From contig NC_043014.1 in NCBI RefSeq assembly GCF_006345805.1, forward strand, positions 23,684,001 through 23,748,000: DNA of 64,000 nucleotides, written 5' to 3'. Made by a program: the position numbers and the translations under genes. Within the stretch, counting starts at the first letter, position 1; the number at the start of each line of letters is the position of its first letter. The DNA is from Octopus sinensis (Eukaryota). The notes under the pieces were generated by a model that was not told the origin of the DNA, did no database searches, and worked only from the letters and a program-made list of their open reading frames with translations. Shown here in pieces: positions 1 to 12,372 of the stretch.

Positions 1-190
1 TATGGAAAAATGGAGACCACCTCCCCCTGTAGGATGAAGTTAAAATAATAGAGAGAGAATACCACTGGAAAATATGAAAACTAAAAGAAGCAGCATATAT
101 GCTAGGACAACAACCTCTTAAGCAGACCAAGTGCAGATATGAATAGCATATGGGAATTGGTATTAAGGAAGGATAGGAAAATATTAGATT
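1..190 (+). mobile_element. 3' end of a Penelope-like retroelement (GIY-YIG endonuclease tail), degenerate
   Basis: Translation across stops and frameshifts gives roughly WKNGDHLPL*DEVKII.RE.HWK..KLKEAA.MLG..LLSRPSADMNSIWE.VLRKDRK. This resembles the C-terminus of PLE GIY-YIG domains. The element is cut by the window edge. Confidence 0.6.
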
Positions 191-1320
191 TATAAGCCCT
201 AAAATTCACTCCATAATTACCCATGAGCACAGGCTACTAACCCCAAGATACACACACAAACACCCATCATTTATGTATACACACACACGTATACAAATAT
301 GCATATTCGCATACACAAGTTTAGTTATTCATCTGTATATATATATATTTATATATACACACACATATCTACTTTTTACAACTTGCATACATATACGATT
401 CATACACACACATATACATATTCACATACACGAGTTTAGTTATTCATCTGCACATATATATTTATATATATACACACATATCTGTTTTTTACAACTTGCA
501 TACATATACGATTCATATATACATGCATCTATTTATGTTAAAACATTATTTTATATATCAATTTAAATCTAATTATTATAAATCTGACTATTAGAATACA
601 GGGGAGATAACTATTTTACCATTTATAGAAACAAAACAAAAAAAAACCAACTCAATACAGTCAACAAAAAAAACATTTAAATATATACATACAGCAAAAA
701 CAAAGTAATACAAATGAAATGTCCCACATACTAACAAGCCAAAACAACAAATTAAATAAGATAACTATGCTATATCTACATATATACCCCATTATTCATT
801 TTCTCACATACATATACTTAACGATACTTATAAACAAAATGAAAAACAAAATCAACTCTATACGGACATACAAAAATAAATTCTATACATACATCAAAAT
901 CAAAATAATGCCAATATAAAACAATTTATTGTTTTAGTTTCCATCTACCACTCCGCTTATATATTTTAATGCGCACATATACATACCTATAAATACATCA
1001 ATGCATATGTCAAACAATATACCTATATACACATATACATACATATATACACATTTATATATTTTAAATGAGATAAAAACACTATATCTTCATATATACC
1101 ACATTATTCATTCACTCCCATATATATATATATATATATATATGCATATCGATACATATAAACAAAATGAAAAAGTAAACCATCCCTATAGAAAAATAAA
1201 GTCTATACACACTTCAAATCAAAGTAATATCAATATAAATGAAATGCCTCAAATATGAACATCGAGCCAAACTACCAATTATATATGATAAATACTCTAT
1301 ATCTACTTGTATATACACAT

Positions 1321-1467
1321 GGCCAGTGGTTCAGCAATAGAGACCAATAGAATAAGTACTAGGTTTACAAAGAATAAGTCCTGGGGTCAATTTGCTCAAC
1401 TAAAGGTGGTGCTCCAGCATGGCCACAGTCGAATGACTGAAACAGGTAAAAGAGAGTAAAAAGAGTA
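1321..1467 (+). mobile_element. SINE family A, 3' half
   Basis: Carries the family tail ggtggtgctccagcatggccacagtcgaatgactgaaacaggtaaaagag, shared with copies at 8305, 24720, 27682, 43911 and 61381. Confidence 0.8.
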
Positions 1468-1639
1468 TATATACACATACATATATATATACAGCCATAT
1501 GTATAGGGACCTACATATATCGTCAATAAGTTTCTATTTACATAGTCACATCTTTAGAATGGGGAAATATTAAGTTCTATTTTAATTTCAATTATAAGGG
1601 TTGTTAATTTACAATAGTTAAAGATATCTATTATGAGGT

Positions 1640-3440
1640 ATCAATATGACAGCCTATTAATTATAACTATAATTTAAAAAATCATATCTAGTAAATACAT
1701 ATTTGTTTTTATATATGCAAGAAATATTTTTTCACTCCTAACAAAGAAGACACTTCTTATTACTTATATTGTAACTAGGTACAGTCACCAAGATATCCCA
1801 TTCGAGATTAAAATTTATTTTTTTTATCTTTAAGTTCCCAAATGAATTAAATTCTGTTTTTTTCCTATTCTGAAATGTATATAAATGTGTTGAAAGATGC
1901 TTCTTCATTTCATCCAATATAAATATATTTATTATTTTTTTCTGTGGTAACTTTACATTGATATACTACATTTTTCAATTTACATAAATTTTTAACAACA
2001 ATCTCTATTTTTACAATCACATGTTTTATAAGAATAATCATTTATATCAGCTGATGAAGAGGCTTTACATGTGAGTGGTTTCTGATCATTCTTAATAATA
2101 CTATGCTAATGGAATAATACTAATGGAATAACTAGTAGTATTACTTAGTAGTAATACTACCCATTAGTATGGGTAGTTATTATTAACACATTCTCTATTT
2201 GAATAAAATAAATCTAACTTTTTATTATTTATAGAAGTTATGAGTTAAACTATATCCATCTTTATTTTTGTTAATAATATTGTTAATAATTTCATAATAT
2301 TTATTATTTATATTGAAATGCTTATTAATTAGCCTATAAATACATTTCACCAAATTAGTTTTTATTTGCATGGAATATGAGATTATAAGCCATACTATCT
2401 TATTAATATCTACTTTATTATTATTGGAACCACTAAAATTATTTTTATTCATTAAGTAGATATTTTGAATTTTATTTGGTTTCTTTATACATCTATGATT
2501 TTTATTATTATCATTAGTTTTTATATTATTATTCCTATTTTCAAATTTACTCATTTTATTTATATTATCTTTAATATATTTTAATTTATTCTTATATCCT
2601 GCTTTACATAAAGACCAATATGATTTAGCTTAAAGCTAAATCATATTGGTCTTTATGTCTATTAAATATATCTTCATTATAAGATAAATATGAAATTTTC
2701 TTTCTAATATTATATACTAATGCTTTTTTCACTGAAGGTGGGTGACTGCTTTGATAATTTATATATTCTAATTTATAATTTGGTGTCATATATGGTTCAT
2801 ATATTCCAGATAATAAATTACAGTTCATATCTAAGTAAGTAATTGAATGATAGTCTTTTTCTATAGTTATAGATAGACCAAATCATTTAAAAAATGTAAA
2901 TCATTTCTTTGTGAATTCTAGGCATCTACTAGATGTATTGTTAACTATAAATAGCACTGGGAATTTGCCTTGCATATTTACCAATAAATATACTCCTATT
3001 GTGTCAATTATTTTCGTGGAATCTGGCACTCCCATAGAAATGCCGAAACAGTTAGGGGTATCTTTTCTCGCCCTTAACTTATTATCAAAATTCATAACTG
3101 ATTTGCAGGCTGTTAAAATTACATTGATTTCCCTTGTGTTAATAGATGTATATTTCTTGGCAAATATCAAGGCACTATTTAATATAGTAGAGTTTATACT
3201 AGAGTAATAATTATCAATATCTATTTGTAGGAATTTATGTTTATATTTATTACTTATATTAGAGAACCATCTAATAATATTGAGTGTTTGACCATAATTG
3301 TAGTCTGATCTTATATTTTAAGATTGGTATATATTTATCTAAAATTATCTTGCTAAGTTTACATAAATCAGGTTTATTAGGACAGATTAATCTAACCTTT
3401 GTATCAATATGAAAATTCTCCTTATGATCCTTAATTGTAA
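1640..3440 (-). mobile_element. Degenerate Penelope-like retroelement (RT plus GIY-YIG)
   Basis: Minus-strand frames read ITIKDHKENFHIDTKVRLICPNKPDLCKLSKIILDK, then FLQIDIDNYYSSI and FGISMGVPDSTKIIDTIGVYLL, then YQSSHPPSVKK. They end with CDCKNRDCC..VVYQCKV..YIYIG..FIWELKD..LEWDIL..YNISNKKCLLC. These are PLE RT, Zn-knuckle and GIY-YIG motifs in the expected order, with many stops. Confidence 0.85.
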
Positions 3441-4193
3441 TCCATGGTTCTCCTCCTGCAACTCAACTTGATTTCGAGCCGGGTCGTCTGCTGCTGGAGA
3501 GGACCGATCAGGTAAAGGACCTGGGTATCTTGGTGGATTCCTCCTTTTCGCCTTCGGCCCAGTGCGTCCATGCTGCCAACAAAGCACGCGGAATTCTGTT
3601 CTTGATTCGACGGTCATTCGGAATGCTCACACCAGCCATATTCCGACCACTCTATGTCACGCTGATGAGACCCATATTGAAGTATAGGATCCAAGCCTCT
3701 TCTCCTTATCTCCTCAAAGACATACAGCATTTCGAAAGAGTCCAGAAGCTGGCTACCCGCATGGTTCATGGTCTCAAAAATTTGTCTTATGAAGAAAGGC
3801 CGAGGACGCTGGACCTTTATTCTCTAGAAAAAACGCCACCGCCGTGGTGATCTCATTCTCGCTCACAACATCATAAGCGGAAAGTGTAACCTCTCGAAAG
3901 AGCTGTTCTTCACTCCTGCTCCAGAGCGTCGGCTGCGGGGTCATTCCGAAAAGCTCTACCTGCGACGATTTCATCTCAATCGAAGGAGAGGAGCTTTCTC
4001 CGTCCGGGTTGCGGATCCGTGGAACAAGCTGCCAGACGAGATGGTGAAGATGCCGACAACCGCTTTGTTCAAAGTCTCCCTTGACCTCAAGTGGCCTGAA
4101 CTCTTTACATGAACACCACCCTGTACTTAACTCCATGTCCCCCTACATGGCCTTGCTATTTGCTTTTGAGCCAAAAATTAACTAACTAACTAA
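3441..4193 (+). mobile_element. 5'-truncated CR1/L2-type LINE 3' end abutting the Penelope-like copy
   Basis: Reads DLGILVDSSFSP..ANKARGIL..RPILKY..SPYLLKDIQHFERVQKLATRM..SYEER..LYSLEKRR.RGDLI..RGHSEKL..FSVRVADPWNKLP. This is followed by a short 3' UTR and an (ACTA)n tail ending at 4193. Confidence 0.9.
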
Positions 4194-4252
4194 GACAGAT
4201 ATATTTACTGATACTAAAGTAATGAGTAAATAATCATAATTATTTCAAGATT

Positions 4253-4607
4253 ACAATTTAGCTAGGTGTAAAATTCACCTAAGGGATATTAAATATCCAA
4301 AGAATTTACTAGTTTATATTACCTACATCAATGTTATTCCAATAGGTAAATAAAAATAAACATACAGTTTATTAATATATAAACATAAATATGAAATGGA
4401 AAACAAAACAAAAAATTGAACAATTATAAATATTTTATACAAACATGACACATATCATCAATTACAACTGTTTCCACTTCATTAATAAAATGAAGTTTTT
4501 CAAGAATAATCAAATCCATTTAAATATGTAATGATGTTTGATCAGATAGACATATCTGCTAAATCAATATTTAATATCTCTTAGGTGAATTTTGCACCTA
4601 GCTAAAT

Positions 4608-4611
<4 letters not shown>
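4253..4611. repeat. Inverted repeat pair, ~45-bp arms around a ~270-bp spacer
   Basis: acaatttagctaggtgtaaaattcacctaagggatattaaatat (from 4253) is the near reverse complement of atatttaatatctcttaggtgaattttgcacctagctaaattgt (ending ~4611). Confidence 0.85.
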
Positions 4612-4686
<75 letters not shown>

Positions 4687-4694
4687 ATATATAT

Positions 4695-4986
4695 TATAAT
4701 TAGGGTTCAGAAAAGATTTGCTTTACCACATACCGAAGTTTAGAAATAGCAGCCAGAGAACCTTAGCTACTTTGTTTTTGTCCAGGAATCTCTTTTTAAA
4801 GTAGAGGAAATAGCTAAGGTTCTCTGGCTGCTATTTCTAAACTTCGGTATGTGGTAAAGCAAATCTTTGCTGAACCCCAATTATAAAATATTACTTAAGT
4901 TTACAGAGAAATGGTCCCGTTTTATGCCGAATTCTACTTGGTGAAATTATTGATTACTAGTTAATTAATTAATTTTACCCTTTGTT

Positions 4987-4990
<4 letters not shown>
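4695..4990. mobile_element. Fold-back element family A: 75-bp inverted arms plus a one-sided ~105-bp tail
   Basis: Arms 4695-4769 and 4811-4885 differ at about 2 positions. The tail (atggtccc..ggtgaaatt..taattaatt..accct) recurs at 42110-42198 and 46570-46645. Confidence 0.8.
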
Positions 4991-5027
<37 letters not shown>

Positions 5028-5449
5028 AGCATATATACATGTATGCTTCTTACTAATATTCTTATTATTTTTATAGTTTATATCAATATTAATATAAAGT
5101 GGGTTGTCTAACCCACATATATAGTGTATAGTTTTATTTTTATATAACCCACATTTACATATACACATGTGTATCCATTTATACATGTACATATATATAT
5201 ATATTTCTTACATTCTAACTATTATAGACCCCAAAAAGAGATAGTATAATAAGGTAAAATGAAATATGTGTACATATATCTATGCAAGCATATATACTTC
5301 TTATATACATACTATTTCTAAAGACAAAAATAAAAGAAAGCAAAATAAAAATAAATACATGCATATATCTATTTGTATATTCACATATATACACTTCTTA
5401 CATACATTCTAACAGTTTATAAAAAAACAAAAATAGATAATACAATATG

Positions 5450-5950
5450 ATCAAGTTGGGCCTCATGGAGGTAAAGTGGCTGAGTTCCTTTCAAGCGTTG
5501 GGCCTGACGGAGGCAAAGTGGCTGAGTACCTTTTGAGCATAGGCCTCAGGAAGGAAACATGGTTGAGTTCCTTTTAAGTGTTGGGCCTCACGGAGGCGAA
5601 GTTGCCAAATTCCTTTTGAGTGTTGGGCCTCATGAAGGCAATGACCAAGACCTTGGTATTATATTGTGCTTGAGAAGAAGACCAATCAAGCCAAGCAAAA
5701 TCACAGTCATGGCAGATACCAGTGTCATACAAATTAGCACCTGTGCCAGTGGTATGTAAACACACTCTGGTGTCATGCAAATGGCACCCATGCTGGTGGC
5801 ATGTAAAAGCACCCATTACACTCTCAGAGTGGTTGGCATTAGGAAGGGCATCCAACCAAAGAAAACCATGCCAAATCAGATTTGAGCCTGGTGCAGCCTC
5901 CCAGTGTGCCAGCCCAGTCAAACCGTCCAACCCATGCCAGCATGGACAAC
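5450..5950 (+). mobile_element. RTE-type LINE 3' UTR fragment with ~42-bp internal tandem repeats
   Basis: There are about five copies of gttgggcctca..gg..aagtggctgagttcctt. They are followed by aaaagcaccc..acactc..gagtggttggc.ttaggaagggcatcc..ccaacccatgc.agcatgga, the same 3' UTR as the RTE ending at 41617. Confidence 0.7.
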
Positions 5951-6087
5951 ATTAACTAGAAAATAAATATAAATAAATATAAGATACAGACATATAAGTA
6001 AAACAGAACATACCTACATATATCTTTTGATATATGAACATATACACATCTAACAAACATTCTTAGCTTAGGTAATCTATAATATAA

Positions 6088-6125
<38 letters not shown>

Positions 6126-6569
6126 TATATACTGATGTATAACTAAATAAAATGAAATCAAGCTATATAGTGAACTAATATATTCTCTATCTTTTCCAGG
6201 CACAGACATACTTTTAGCAGTTTAATAGTCATGGAATGAGATAGAAACAGAGAATTACATTTTAGTGGGGGGGTCTTTTTGTGTTTTTTTAACAATTTAT
6301 AAAGGGGTAGCATGAGAGTAAAAATTTTAGAAATTTTCAAACTGTTTAAAGAAGCAAAAAGCATCAGTACTGAAGTTTAATAACATGCTAGCTTATCCTT
6401 CAATAAGGTTGTGATTTCTATCATTTCACCACCTCACAAGTACTGCATACTATCAGTGGTAGCAATGAATTTTTAATGTCAGACTACTTATTTCAAATTT
6501 TCTTTTTTTCTTTATGTTCCCATATGAAATTGATTTTATTCTCTTGTCAACATTAGATCTCACTCTATG

Positions 6570-6790
6570 GCAGGGAGCTGGCAGAATTGTTAGCATGCTG
6601 GGCAATATGCTTAGCAGCATTTCATGTCTTTACATTCTGAGTTCAAATTCTACTAAGGTCAACTTTGCCTGTCTTCCCTTTTGAGATTGATAAAATAAAT
6701 ACCAGTTGAACACTGGGGTGGTCAATGTAATCAACTTAATCTCTCCCCTAAAATTACTGGCCTTGTGCCAAAATTTGAAACCAACATTAG
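6570..6790 (+). mobile_element. SINE family B (tRNA-like head)
   Basis: gagctggcagaattgttagca..aaatgcttagc..ttctgagttcaaattc..gtcaactttgcct. The same family occurs at 10080, 10925, 11163, 11948, 12170, 14385, 29030 and 59840. Confidence 0.8.
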
Positions 6791-6932
6791 ATCTCCCTCA
6801 ACATTCCCTTCTTTCCTCACCTCCTACTCAGTCAATTATCTACAACACCTCAAAAATATGCAAAAAGAAATACAGATGCCACTGCAAAGGTTTTAGTTTC
6901 ACCTGTAATAATAACCAAATATTTCAACTTAC

Positions 6933-7425
6933 GTTGTGAGATACCAACACATGCGACTTCAGCTTTTGTTGAGTTGTCAATAGAATTTTGATTTTCTACG
7001 ATCACTTGTGTAGTCACTGTAGTAGAATCAACAGCAATATGGTTGACCACGTTTTCATCTGCTGTTGTTATTGTCTGCTTTTCCTGTGAATGCAAAGGCT
7101 GTTTCTCATCAGTATCAGTGGTTAATTCAACATGGTTAATTACAGCTTCATCTACTGTTTCTTGGTTTTCAGTTAACTGCTTGTCATCACTATCAACTAC
7201 CACAGGTTCAGCAAAACTGACAGTAACTTCACCAGTTTTCTGTTTGTTCTTTACCAACTGTTCATCTGTAGCATTTTCCTGAATTTCAGACTCATTTGCT
7301 AAAGGGATTTCCTGTAACTCCAGCTTCAACTCATCCTCTTCATGTACAGAAGCCACTCGTTTCTGCTGCTCAATGTCTTTTTTCCTTTTTTCAGCTGCTT
7401 CCATTGTTTTACGAGCAAACTTTAT
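6933..7425 (-). CDS. RALBP1: RalA-binding protein 1, coding exon (acidic low-complexity region)
   Basis: Acceptor tttag| at 7426 and donor C|gtaagt at 6932. A phase-0 start (IKFARKTMEAAEKRKKDIEQ...) continues the exon ending LKRK at 10648. Length is 493 nt with a phase-1 end. Confidence 0.8.
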
Positions 7426-8304
7426 CTAAAGGAAAAAACAAAAAAGGAAAAAAAAAGCATTTAAATAAAGAATTATTTTTCATTGTTTAGCCCTAAGTCA
7501 ACCCTGATTAAGCAGTCCTATGATCAAAGGTACTCCATTCAATTTATTTTTGGACAGTGTATCTAGGATTACATTATCCAAAGTGTCCTCTTTTTAAGAT
7601 AGTAAGATACCAACTTGAGAGAAATTTGGCTGTTATTTCTAACAGATTCAGCAACTAAGAGATACCCAAACTTTTCTGGGTTAAAGAAACTGAAAATGTA
7701 CAGCAGCTAATGGGTTACGGCCATTCAGGGACATCACCATCAAAGCAAAATGAAAACCAAATATTCACAGTTGAAGTAAAAATACAAGTTTGACTGGACA
7801 TGTTGCACTTTTCTGATTCAATTGCCCAGGCACCTTGCTGATTCAAGCTGGGGGAGACAGTTGTTGTTTAGCCCCAAAGTGCACTCTAGGACTTCATTAT
7901 TCAATGTGGTTTTCTTTTAAGATAGGAGTGATTTCAGAGAGATTTACTTGCTATTTCTAGCAGGTTGAAACTAGGGCAGCTGATTACTGTTCTAATTCAG
8001 TGAAGAAATGCATTAGGTACTCAACAGATTTCATTACAACAATACTTCTAATAATGAGGCAACAGATGAGAAATCAGTGCAAGACTTCATTTTGCTGGCT
8101 CTATTGCAATTAACTTAACAAGTTAAAGCAATTTGTTATTTCCAATCTATTAATCACATATCTTTGTTGTACACTACATTTCAATAAGTCCATTCTTCAA
8201 TTGCTTTTACCTTGATCATACAGATAAATATATCAATCTCATGGCAGGATTCAAACTTATTACCTTTATTTTTAACACTTAGTTTCAATTTTCTAAACCA
8301 CAAA

Positions 8305-8528
8305 AATGTGGTGTGGCTGCGTGGTAATAAACTTGCTTGTCCCTAACCATTTGACAACCAGTTTTACATCCCCATAACTTAGCAGTCTGGCAAAAGAAAC
8401 CGATAGAATAAGTACCAGGCTTGAAAGGCAAAAATAAATAAGTACTGGGGTTGATTGATTCGACTAAAAATTCTTCAAGGCGGTGCCCCAACACAGCCAC
8501 AGTTTAATGACTGAAACAAGTAAAAGAT
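8305..8528 (+). mobile_element. SINE family A, internally deleted
   Basis: The head tggctgcgtggtaa is joined to the tail aaggcggtgccccaacacagccacagtttaatgactgaaacaagtaaaag. Confidence 0.75.
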
Positions 8529-10647
8529 ACCATTAGAAACAAAGATTCTGAATAGGAACATAACTTAAGTACACATTTGTATGTAGGAGAGGAGCAATCA
8601 GAGAAAAAAACATGCTTAAAAATTAAGGTAAAACAAAAATATGTGAAAGTTGATGTTAATAATGTTGGACATTTCAGAGTTACAGTAGTTCTACTAAAAT
8701 GTGCTTATTTATTCAATTAATGCCACAAAATATTTATTTTTACACTTAGACACAGGGGCCAGTTTTAATAAGAGGAAAGAATAAAGTCAAGTTTAATCTA
8801 CCATACTATCTTGCCTGGTTATTTTTAGTGATCTACAAGAGATGAATGGTGAAGTTGAAACTGTTGAGATTTGAACTTCTAAAACTCACCTCTTTGAATA
8901 TCTATCCTACAATAATGAGAAAATTGTCAGTTAAAAAAATACTGAGTGAATATTTCATATGATTAGCTATCTCTATTTCATAGGGCTGACTGCTCCAGTA
9001 GACCAACAGTGGTAGTGATGACAACAACAAATTAAATAAGTGAAATTCAGTGACTTAGTCTGAAATACATTGAGACCCAGGATTAGGGTCTAGTGGTTCC
9101 AACTATGAAGTTTCTCAGTAATCCTTTTCCAAATCCCACTGCTCTACTTGGCTTGGTATACAGCCACTCCATTTTCCATAGCATTAAGCACATGAGAGAT
9201 ACGTCTCTTACAAGATAGGAAGATGATCTTGTAGAGGTAGGTTTTCTCACAGAAGGAATTGAACTCAACACTGCAAATTAATAAATTACTTGCCAAATCT
9301 GCTGCTGAGGCAAGCTGTTCCTACATTGCAGTATCTATTTATAGCTGGCTAAATGCTGAACCATTTGAGAATTAAAAATTTCTGGTCACATATACAAAGC
9401 AAGGCCATGGAGAAGATAATGTAAAACTAACAACTGATTTGTTAACTTGCACCGTTTTATTCAAATTTATGTGTAGAGAAAAGATACATTTGTTAGACTA
9501 GTATTCAAGGGAACATTTGCCTCTCATAAACAGGAATTAGATAAATAAGCTCTAACCCAATAAAATACAGAAGTTTATGTATACCAAATTTAAAAAAAAC
9601 CAATCCAGTATAAAATAGCATGCCTAACATTATTTGACTTTGTTGATTAACTGTTAATACCAAGGAGAGAGCCTCTACATGGTAATTCAACTTGCTAGAA
9701 ATAGCAACCAAATCTCCCTCAAATCAACCCTACTATTTTTTAAAAGAATGTAATCTAAAAGGAAAAATGGAGCAGCCATGACTGGGATACTTTGATGATA
9801 GGTTTGTTTGATTAAAATTGGCCCAGGTCCTAAACAACAACTGATAAGATTTTAATACAAATGAATGCATTAGACTTCTTAGATAAATCTCAATTAGAGA
9901 TGAAAGTAGTAGCTAAACTAAGAAATAATATTTATCACCATATGGCCGTACGATGTTATAACCATTTTAACCCCAGGCAAATCCTTTGCCAGCTAGTTAC
10001 CGGTGCAACTGGCACCCTGTATATATTGCAAGCTGAGGAGCGAACCACAACCATCTTCCAGCAAATGACAGGATCACGAGACTGAATTGGCAGAATTGTT
10101 ACAGTGTTGCATAAACTTCATTGTGGTACATATTCCAGCACTTCATGTCATGAGGTCAAATCCCCATATCATCATTTTGGGTTCAATAAATAAAATACCA
10201 GTCAAGAACAGTAGTCCACTGGAAACATTAGAATGGGTAGATAGGATGCCTGGCAGTATTTATTCGAATTCTTTGCATTCTGAGTTCAAACCATGCCATA
10301 GCCTATTTTGGTGGCTGATTTAATCCATCACCTAGTTTAACACCATCATCTATCAACTTGAGTGTCTTTAGTGAAGTCCATTCCATTACAAGCATTCAGG
10401 ACAGGTCTCCAGTTTGAGGTTGCGTTCTTTTCTCCTTCCTACCAATCCCAGAGACCTGTATATAGTTACTACCTTTTTGCCTGACTAAAAGATTTTAAAA
10501 AATCATGGTTGCAAATTTGAGATGATGTAAAAGCAAGTACCCTACAGTGAAATTGTTAATGCAATCACTTACCAAACGATTTTTACAAGGCCTGTTTCTC
10601 TATTTTGTTTTAAAATGTTACTTATAATGTCTAGTATCAGGACTTAC

Positions 10648-10849
10648 CTTTCTCTTTAATTGTGTCACAACTCGCTGGACTTCCCACAGCTGTTCGTTTT
10701 TTGATGTATCTTCAACACCAGCATTTAGCTCTTCATGTAGCTGGTCCAATAAAGATTCCTGTTTAGCTAATTCTTCCTCTAAGGCAGAAAGGTTATCCGG
10801 CAGTTCAAGAGACCATCGAGATGTGGCAGGCTTTAATGGTGGAATATAT
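10648..10849 (-). CDS. RALBP1: RalA-binding protein 1, coding exon (Ral-binding coiled coil)
   Basis: ttttcag| ... |gtaagt. Encodes YIPPLKPATSRWSLELPDNLSALEEELAKQESLLDQLHEELNAGVEDTSKNEQLWEVQRVVTQLKRK, matching the RLIP76 motif RQE.LL..LH..L..G..D.SKEE.LWEVQR..T.LKRK. Length is 202 nt, phase 2 to phase 0. Confidence 0.95.
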
Positions 10850-10924
10850 CTGAAAATGTAGGGAAGATAAAAGAAAATAAATGGCTTCTTACTCTAAGGC
10901 ATACCAGTATATCTCTGGCACTTA

Positions 10925-12372
10925 ATATTGGTTTAAAATTTTGGCACAAGGTCAGCAATTTCAGGGGAGGAGATGAGTCAGTTACATCAATCTCTTCCCC
11001 ATGCTCAACTAGAGCTCAACTAGAAAAGGATGAAAGGCAAAGTCAACCTTGGAGGGATTTGAACTCAGAACATAAAGATGGATGAAATGCTAAGCATTTT
11101 GCCTGGCATGCTAACAATTCTGCCAGCTTGCCACCTTGCTGGCACTTAATATAGTCATCAGCAAGGCAGTGAGATGGCAGAATCACTAGCAAACCAGGTT
11201 AAATGCTTAGTGGTATTTCATCCATCTTCTCTTCCGGAGTTCAAAATCTGCCATGGTTGACTTTGCCTTTCATCCTTTTGGGGTCAATAGAGTAATTTAC
11301 CAGTTGATCACTGAGATTGATGTAATCAACTGGCCCATTTCTCCAAAATTGTTGGTCAAATTTTGGCACAAGCCAAAACCGATAATATGATTATCAGTTT
11401 CAGTTTGATACAGGAAAGAGTGTTTGGTGTACATGTACCAAATATATAGCAGTAGCAATCATTCTAAACGGCTTGAATCCAATTTAAAAGGTGAAAGCAG
11501 AAACTACAGCAGATATTCTATAACCATTTCAGACAAACCATATCTCAGAGAATATTATTTAATCAGCACTTCCTTTTTTAAAGGAGTAAGGTGTGACAGG
11601 ATGAACATTTAGTTTCAATTTCTGGTAGGTGAAACAACAACAACTTAGAGTAGAAATTTTCAAATTTTTTCTATCCATGTTACACTGAATAATTATTATT
11701 CTGTGAACAATCTTTCCTTTAGACTGAGAACAAGACCGAACTTTGTAGATGAGGATGTGTAATTCAAATAATTTGGCTCTAGTATATCAATGGAGCTTAA
11801 TTTGTTAATTCTAGAGGAATAGGAAGCAAAATCGACTGCATCAAGGTTTTAACTCAGAAAGCAGAAAGACAAAATTAAATACTAGAAAGCAGTTAGTCAG
11901 GCTCTTTACCATTTCCATCAATTCAATGACTATTTAATTCTAATAACGGTTTCAAATTTTGGCACAAGGCCAACAATTTTAGGAGAAGGGTAAGATGATT
12001 ACATCAACCCTAGTGTTCAACTGGTACATATTTTACTGACCCCAAAAGGATGACATGCAAAGTTAACCCTGGCAGAATTTGAAATCAGATCGTGAAGATG
12101 GATGAAATGCCGCTAAACATTTTGTCTGGCATGCTTGTGATTCTGCCAGATCACCACCTTAATAATAATTGTTTCTAATATAGGCCTAAAATTTGGAGAA
12201 GGGAACTAGTTGATTACATCAACCTTAGTACTTGATTGGTACTTTAGTTTATTGACCCCAAAAAGATGAAAAATAAAGTCAGCCTCCATGGCATTTGAGT
12301 ATAGCATGTAAAAAAGCAGGAGAAATGTTGCTAAGCATTTGTCTGACATACTAACCATTCTGCCGGATTACC
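10925..12372. mobile_element. Cluster of four SINE family B copies in mixed orientation
   Basis: Copies at about 10925-11140 (-), 11163-11385 (+), 11948-12160 (-) and 12170-12372 (-), recognised by ggcaaagtcaacc..gaatttgaactcaga or its reverse complement. Confidence 0.8.

Noticed and set aside
1506-1520. gggacctacatatat matching the fold-back family terminus
   Set aside because: The match is short and partly TA repeat, and its orientation is inconsistent with the adjacent PLE 3' end.
1640-2030. Possible selenocysteine (TGA for Cys) recoding, as reported for some PLE lineages
   Set aside because: The conserved Cys positions I could read here and at 58700-59040 are TGT/TGC or otherwise mutated. 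The stops are scattered decay.
3381-4200. Apparent 7-bp TSD GACAGAT around the CR1-type fragment
   Set aside because: The left copy lies inside the Penelope reading frame, which continues to ~3440, so it is not at the insertion junction.
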